Part shown: one piece after another, positions 59,300-64,000 of the stretch
Layout: every line of letters begins with the position of its first letter
Position numbering within the stretch: the first letter of the stretch is position 1
Assembly (NCBI GenBank): GCA_016708315.1
Contig: JADJGC010000024.1
Location: 26,638 to 90,637, forward strand
DNA length: 64,000 bases
Source of the DNA: a bacterium
GTDB taxonomy: Bacteria; Zixibacteria; MSB-5A5; CAIYYT01
Direction: 5' to 3'
Made by a program: the position numbers and the translations under genes
The notes under the pieces: generated by a model
Databases searched by the model: none
Told to the model about the DNA's origin: nothing
The model's input: only the letters and a program-made list of their open reading frames with translations

Positions 59300-60312
59300 A
59301 CCGTCTTGCCGACCGCGGCGGCAATGTTTTTGACTTGCTTCATCAATGCTGCGAATTGGTCAAGATTAAGCGACTGATATCCGTCACACATGGCTTTGTC
59401 AGGATTGGGATGGATTTCGATAATCAACCCGTCGGCTCCTGCCGCAACCGCTGCAAGCGCGACCGGAAGGATCAAGTGCCTCTCCCCGGTCGCATGTGAA
59501 GGATCGAGAATAACCGGAAGATGCGAGAGCGATTTGAGCCCCGGCACCGCCGCGATATCGCAGGTATTGCGCGTAAACTTTTCGAATGTGCGTATGCCGC
59601 GCTCACAGAGAATGACATTGTAGTTGCCGTTGGCGAGAATATACTCAGCGGACATGAGAAGTTCTTCGATAGTCGACATCATGCCGCGCTTCAGTAACAC
59701 TGGACGCGATTGCTTGCCGACCTTTTCGAGCATGGCGAAGTTCTGCATGTTGCGGGCGCCGATTTGAATAATGTCGGCATAGTCGGAAATCAAGTCGACA
59801 TCATCCTGCGACAAGCACTCGGTCACAATCGGAATTCCGACCTCATCGCGGACGCGGGCGAGAATCTCAAGACCCTTGCGGCCCATGCCTTGAAACGAGT
59901 ATGGCGAGGTGCGCGGCTTAAAGGCACCACCGCGCAATATGCGAGCGCCGGCTTCCTTGGCGGCGATTGCCGATTCCAGAACTTGCTCGTAACTTTCGAC
60001 AGCGCACGGCCCGGCCATGACAGTCATGGTACCGTTACCGATTTTGGTTCCATTGAGGCTCACCACTGTCGGCTCAGGTTTGAATTCCAATGAGGCAAGC
60101 TTGTACGGCTTGAGGATCGGGATGACAGCCTCGACACCCTGCAGTTGCAGAAGCAGTTCCTTCTCGATACTTCGTTCGTCACCGACGGCGCCGATAATTG
60201 TCTTTTCCTCGCCTTGCGAGATATGCGGTTTGAGTCCCAGCTCTTCGATGTGTCGAATGACACCGGCAGTTTCCTTTACGGTGGCTTGTTTTTTCATTAC
60301 AACGATCATCAT
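59296..60312 (-). CDS. aroG: 3-Deoxy-7-phosphoheptulonate (DAHP) synthase, class I-beta, with an N-terminal ferredoxin-like/ACT-type regulatory domain
   Basis: Catalytic core ([34 protein letters not shown]) preceded by an about 70-aa [32 protein letters not shown]... domain. The ATG overlaps the aroH stop (TAATG). The track ORF is N-terminally extended. Confidence 0.85.
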   Translation of the reverse strand: MMIVVMKKQATVKETAGVIRHIEELGLKPHISQGEEKTIIGAVGDERSIEKELLLQLQGVEAVIPILKPYKLASLEFKPEPTVVSLNGTKIGNGTMTVMAGPCAVESYEQVLESAIAAKEAGARILRGGAFKPRTSPYSFQGMGRKGLEILARVRDEVGIPIVTECLSQDDVDLISDYADIIQIGARNMQNFAMLEKVGKQSRPVLLKRGMMSTIEELLMSAEYILANGNYNVILCERGIRTFEKFTRNTCDIAAVPGLKSLSHLPVILDPSHATGERHLILPVALAAVAAGADGLIIEIHPNPDKAMCDGYQSLNLDQFAALMKQVKNIAAAVGKTV

Positions 60313-60677
60313 TACAGTTCTCCCGCGAGATCCGGACGGAGCCGCGACGCATCGCCGATGTAGAGGTGCTTGATCTGGTCCTGTGGCTTGTCGGTATTGA
60401 CCATGATGAGAATGCGAATAACGCGCTGCAATGCGCCGGGAACGTCGATTTCGGTGGCGCACATCAACGGCACGGTCTTGAGTCCCATCTCGCGTACGGC
60501 ATAGGCCGGATAATCAGCGGTGAGATCTTTTGTTGCCGTGATGAACACGGCGCCGATGTCGTCGATTTCGATGTCGTTCTTGGCGAACATGTGCACCAAT
60601 AACTTGCGTGTGGCTTCGAAGATTGCCTCGCGCGAGTTTGCCGATGCGCAGATTGCGCCGCGCACACCGCGCATCAT
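60312..60677 (-). CDS. aroH: Monofunctional chorismate mutase, AroH class
   Basis: MMRGVRGAI...ATKDLTADYPAYAVRE...VNTDKPQDQIKHLY matches the B. subtilis AroH-type fold signature. Confidence 0.8.
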   Translation of the reverse strand: MMRGVRGAICASANSREAIFEATRKLLVHMFAKNDIEIDDIGAVFITATKDLTADYPAYAVREMGLKTVPLMCATEIDVPGALQRVIRILIMVNTDKPQDQIKHLYIGDASRLRPDLAGEL

Positions 60678-61474
60678 CGTTGTGACTCCAGATTCATGCG
60701 TGCCTCCGTCAAGAATTTAGAAACTGATGAGTAATTTCGTTTTGAACCGCTGCTGTCGATCAGTTGCAGGATCGCACTGCCGATAATGACGCCGTCGCTG
60801 AATGCGCCGATTTTGCCCGCCATTTCCGGCGTCGAAACACCGAATCCAACCGCAACCGGCGCCTTTGAATGCCTGCGCAGATTCGTTACTTGTTGTTTCA
60901 AGTCGCTGTGCATAGTCGCGCGTGCGCCGGTGGTGCCGGTGACGCTGACAAAATAGACAAAGCCCGAAGCGTCGCTTGCGATCGATAGTGCGCGCTCGGG
61001 TGGTGACGTTAAAGTTACTAACGGTATGAAGTCGATACCATGTTTGCGGCACGCGATTCGCAACTCGCTGCTTTCTTCGGGAATCATGTCGGGCACTATC
61101 AGGCCACTGACATTATTTGATGCACAGCGATTGACGAAAGAGTTGATTCCCGCTCTCAAGATGATGTTGGCATAGCACATCACAACGATTGACTGTGATA
61201 CACTGCGACGCAGCGATGCAATTGCCGCGAATCCTTTGGCGACTGTGAAACCACGCTCCAGCGCAAGGTGCGACGCGCGCTGAATCACCGGACCATCTGC
61301 CAAAGGGTCGGAATGCGGAAAGCCAACTTCGATGATGTCCGCGCCGCTCGTGCTCAAACATTTCATAATCGACGGAAACTCGCGCATCGACGGATAGCCG
61401 CAAGTGATAAACGGCATCAGCGCAGCCCGGTTGTCGTCGCGGCATTTCGCAAAAGTCTCAGCGATGGTTGTCAT
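60674..61474 (-). CDS. trpA: Tryptophan synthase alpha subunit
   Basis: [28 protein letters not shown]...GFGVSTPE. True start at 61474 overlapping the trpB end. The track ORF extends to 61672. Confidence 0.88.
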   Translation of the reverse strand: MTTIAETFAKCRDDNRAALMPFITCGYPSMREFPSIMKCLSTSGADIIEVGFPHSDPLADGPVIQRASHLALERGFTVAKGFAAIASLRRSVSQSIVVMCYANIILRAGINSFVNRCASNNVSGLIVPDMIPEESSELRIACRKHGIDFIPLVTLTSPPERALSIASDASGFVYFVSVTGTTGARATMHSDLKQQVTNLRRHSKAPVAVGFGVSTPEMAGKIGAFSDGVIIGSAILQLIDSSGSKRNYSSVSKFLTEARMNLESQR

Positions 61475-62648
61475 CGTACTCCTTGACACTGCCCATATCT
61501 TTGTCGCCGCGACCGGATAGATTGACGATGATGGTCTTCTTGTCGCCGATCTTGCGGGCGAGTTTGCGTGCATAGGCAAGAGCGAAACTTGATTCGAGTG
61601 CGGGAATGATGCCCTCGTGTCGGCAAAGCTCTTTGAATGCAGAAACAGCTTCGCGGTCGAGTGCAGTGACATACTTCACGCGGCCGGAATCTTTGAGGAA
61701 CGCGTGTTCCGGCCCGACGCCGGGATAGTCGAGTCCGGCGCTGATTGTTTCGGTGAGTTCAATCTGCCCGTCGCCATCCTGAAGCAGATAGCTCAACGCG
61801 CCGTGCAGTACACCCGGTGTTCCCTTGGCAAGCGGCGCGGCATGTTGACCCGGTTTCAGCGCTTGGCCGGCAGACTCGACACCGATCAGCGAAACATTCT
61901 TGTCGTTGAGAAATGCACTGAATATTCCCATCGCGTTTGAACCGCCGCCAATGCAGGCGACAACGTAGTCGGGCAGTTTGCCGGTTGACTTAAGCGACTG
62001 CGCGCGGGTTTCCTTGCCGATGACTGACTGAAACTCGCGGACGATTTTCGGATACGGATGCGGTCCGACGGTGGAACCGATGATGTAGTGCGTGGTGCCG
62101 ACATTGGTGACCCAGTCGCGGATAGCTTCGGAGGTGGCTTCTTTCAGTGTTGCAAGACCGGCTGAGACTTCGCGGACTTCCGCGCCGAGCAGTTTCATGC
62201 GTTGAACGTTGGGGCTCTGACGTTTGGCATCGTGACTGCCCATGTAGACGACACATTCGAGCCCAAGCATTGCACATGCCGCAGCGGTTGCCGTGCCGTG
62301 TTGCCCGGCACCGGTTTCGGCGACAATACGTTTCTTGCCGATCCGTTTCGCGAGCAGTGCCTGGCCGAGGCAGTTATTGATTTTGTGCGCGCCGGTGTGG
62401 TTGAGGTCTTCCCGCTTGAGGAATATGCGCGCGCCTTTCCAGAGACGCGTAAGATTTTCTGCCGGATAGAGCGGTGTCGGGCGACCGCCGAAATCGCGCA
62501 GTAGTTGATCCAGTTGTGACTTGAAGCTGCGATCGCGCTGCGCCTGCGCAAATGCGCGCTCGACTTCATCGAGCGCCGCAACGAGCGTCTCCGGCACGAA
62601 GCGGCCGCCGTAGCGGCCATAGTAGCCTTTGCGTGACTTAGCGGGCAT
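61458..62648 (-). CDS. trpB: Tryptophan synthase beta subunit
   Basis: [12 protein letters not shown], and PLP-lysine region HTGAHKINN. Confidence 0.95.
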   Translation of the reverse strand: MPAKSRKGYYGRYGGRFVPETLVAALDEVERAFAQAQRDRSFKSQLDQLLRDFGGRPTPLYPAENLTRLWKGARIFLKREDLNHTGAHKINNCLGQALLAKRIGKKRIVAETGAGQHGTATAAACAMLGLECVVYMGSHDAKRQSPNVQRMKLLGAEVREVSAGLATLKEATSEAIRDWVTNVGTTHYIIGSTVGPHPYPKIVREFQSVIGKETRAQSLKSTGKLPDYVVACIGGGSNAMGIFSAFLNDKNVSLIGVESAGQALKPGQHAAPLAKGTPGVLHGALSYLLQDGDGQIELTETISAGLDYPGVGPEHAFLKDSGRVKYVTALDREAVSAFKELCRHEGIIPALESSFALAYARKLARKIGDKKTIIVNLSGRGDKDMGSVKEYDDNHR

Positions 62649-63231
62649 TCTTCACACTCTCGATAAATCGTCGTACGAGTTGGTGATCCTTCTTGCCGGG
62701 CGCGGCTTCGGTGCCGCGCGCGACGTCGACTCCCCAAGGCGCGAGTTCACTTACAATGGCGCCGACATTGTCGGGCGTCAATCGTCCCGCCAGAATGACC
62801 GCGTTGCCTACGGCATCTCTGTGGGGGGCGAGCTGTTCGCGCATTATTGACAAGTCGCTGTTCTTGAAATCGAGCAATGTCGGCATCGGGATTCGCGTCA
62901 GTTTGCCGTTGACAATGCCGTTCATCCAGATCGCGCGAATCCAACCAACGGCGGGCTGACGAACTTCGAGTTCGGTTGCGTCGAAATAGACTTGATAGTA
63001 GTCGAGAACAACGTCACAGTTCTGCGAGAAGTCGAGTAGGTCTTCCGCATTTGCAAATACGCCGACACATTGAATAGACGCGCCGATAGCTTCCCGCAGG
63101 CGCTCCAGTTGAACGTAGTTGACGCGTCGCGGTGAATCCGACAGAATGAATCCGACGAAGTCAGCTCCGGCATCGATGCAAACCTCCGCGTCTTCGACGG
63201 ACGTCACGCCGCAAATTTTCGTCTTGGTCAT
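62638..63231 (-). CDS. trpF: N-(5'-phosphoribosyl)anthranilate isomerase
   Basis: [15 protein letters not shown] start and TIM-barrel PRAI motifs. Confidence 0.88.
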   Translation of the reverse strand: MTKTKICGVTSVEDAEVCIDAGADFVGFILSDSPRRVNYVQLERLREAIGASIQCVGVFANAEDLLDFSQNCDVVLDYYQVYFDATELEVRQPAVGWIRAIWMNGIVNGKLTRIPMPTLLDFKNSDLSIMREQLAPHRDAVGNAVILAGRLTPDNVGAIVSELAPWGVDVARGTEAAPGKKDHQLVRRFIESVKNAR

Positions 63232-63986
63232 TGTCCGCGCAGCTCCTTGATTTTTGTCTCGATGTCGTTCGCAGTCATAAGCGACGTTCCAATCAAGCAG
63301 GCGTGGGCTCCGGCGGATTGCATGCGCAGAATGTCGGCACGAGTGCGGATACCGCTCTCGGCGACTTTGATGACCTCCCCGGGGATGCGCTTGAGGATTC
63401 TTTCGCCCGTTGTAAGATCGATAGTCATTGTCTTGAGATTGCGATTATTCACGCCGATAATCCGGGCATTGGCAGCCAACGCGCGTGACAATTCGAATTC
63501 ATCGTGCACTTCGACAAGAGCTTCGAGATGAAGCTCGTCCGACAACCGCAAAAGCTGGCGCAATTCCTGATGATCGAGAATCGCCACGATAAGAAGAACT
63601 GCCGAAGCGCCAAGCGCGGCAGCCTCGTGAATTTGCAGTGGGTCGACAATAAAGTCTTTGCGCAAGATTGGTATCGAGACACTCCCGGCTACTTGCTGCA
63701 AGTCCGAAAGCGAACCGCCAAAATGTTCTTGTTCGGTCAGCACTGATATTGCTGCGGCGCCGTTTTGCTCGTATGCCTGCGCTATCGAAGCGACATCAAC
63801 ATTGGCCGAAAGTGTACCGGCGCTCGGAGATTTGCGTTTGATCTCGAGAATGAGTTGCCCACCGGGGCGGGAGATCATCTCGCCAAATCGCGCCTGACGT
63901 GCCACAGTCTTGGCGGCGCGAGCAGCGATTTCGTTTTCCCAATCAGTGCGTGAGCGATTCTCGATATTGGCTCTGACCTTGGTCAC
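63228..63986 (-). CDS. trpC: Indole-3-glycerol phosphate synthase
   Basis: LILEIKRKSPSAG, ILRKDFIVDPLQI, and an IGVNNRNL motif. Confidence 0.9.
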   Translation of the reverse strand: MTKVRANIENRSRTDWENEIAARAAKTVARQARFGEMISRPGGQLILEIKRKSPSAGTLSANVDVASIAQAYEQNGAAAISVLTEQEHFGGSLSDLQQVAGSVSIPILRKDFIVDPLQIHEAAALGASAVLLIVAILDHQELRQLLRLSDELHLEALVEVHDEFELSRALAANARIIGVNNRNLKTMTIDLTTGERILKRIPGEVIKVAESGIRTRADILRMQSAGAHACLIGTSLMTANDIETKIKELRGQ

Positions 63987-64000
63987 AATCGCGTCGAGCA

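Overview
This is a 64-kb chromosomal window, about 55% GC, almost entirely coding, with most genes on the minus strand. Starts are frequently preceded by GGAGG-type Shine-Dalgarno motifs. Several secreted proteins carry a type IX secretion (T9SS) C-terminal sorting domain. Together with the gene order, this points to an FCB-group or related candidate-phylum bacterium rather than a classical Bacteroidetes, but I cannot assign a phylum from sequence alone.

Left to right, the window holds:
- the 5' end of purL, and rpmB (ribosomal protein L28);
- a complete division/cell-wall (dcw) cluster, mraZ-rsmH-ftsL-ftsI-murE-murF-mraY-murD-ftsW-murG-murC-ftsQ-ftsA-ftsZ, with no murB or ddl;
- an accessory locus encoding a gingipain/PorU-like C25 peptidase with a T9SS tail, three glycosyltransferases, a FemAB/GNAT-like transferase, and a beta-propeller T9SS cargo protein;
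- lnt, purM, an HD-domain protein and priA;
- a TPR lipoprotein, a DUF4139-like protein and a giant multi-PAS/GAF hybrid sensor kinase;
- mazG and valS, an OMP-like protein and a small Rieske protein;
- a 2201-aa T9SS cargo giant built of about 17 tandem 80-aa cysteine repeats plus cohesin-like and dockerin-like modules;
- a compact aromatic amino-acid supraoperon, trpC-trpF-trpB-trpA-aroH-DAHP synthase-tyrA-aroA-aroE-aroC-aroK-aroB-aroQ-ilvE.

Three otherwise well-conserved genes are each broken by a single-base frameshift: aroK, inside an A7 homopolymer, the PAS hybrid kinase, and the propeller cargo protein. I cannot distinguish sequencing or assembly error from genuine gene decay or slippage from the sequence alone.

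I found no tRNA or rRNA genes, no CRISPR array and no obvious mobile element.

The most unusual content is the giant cohesin/dockerin-bearing repeat protein and the C25-peptidase/glycosyltransferase module. I propose that module, speculatively, as a T9SS cargo-processing and glycan-anchoring unit.
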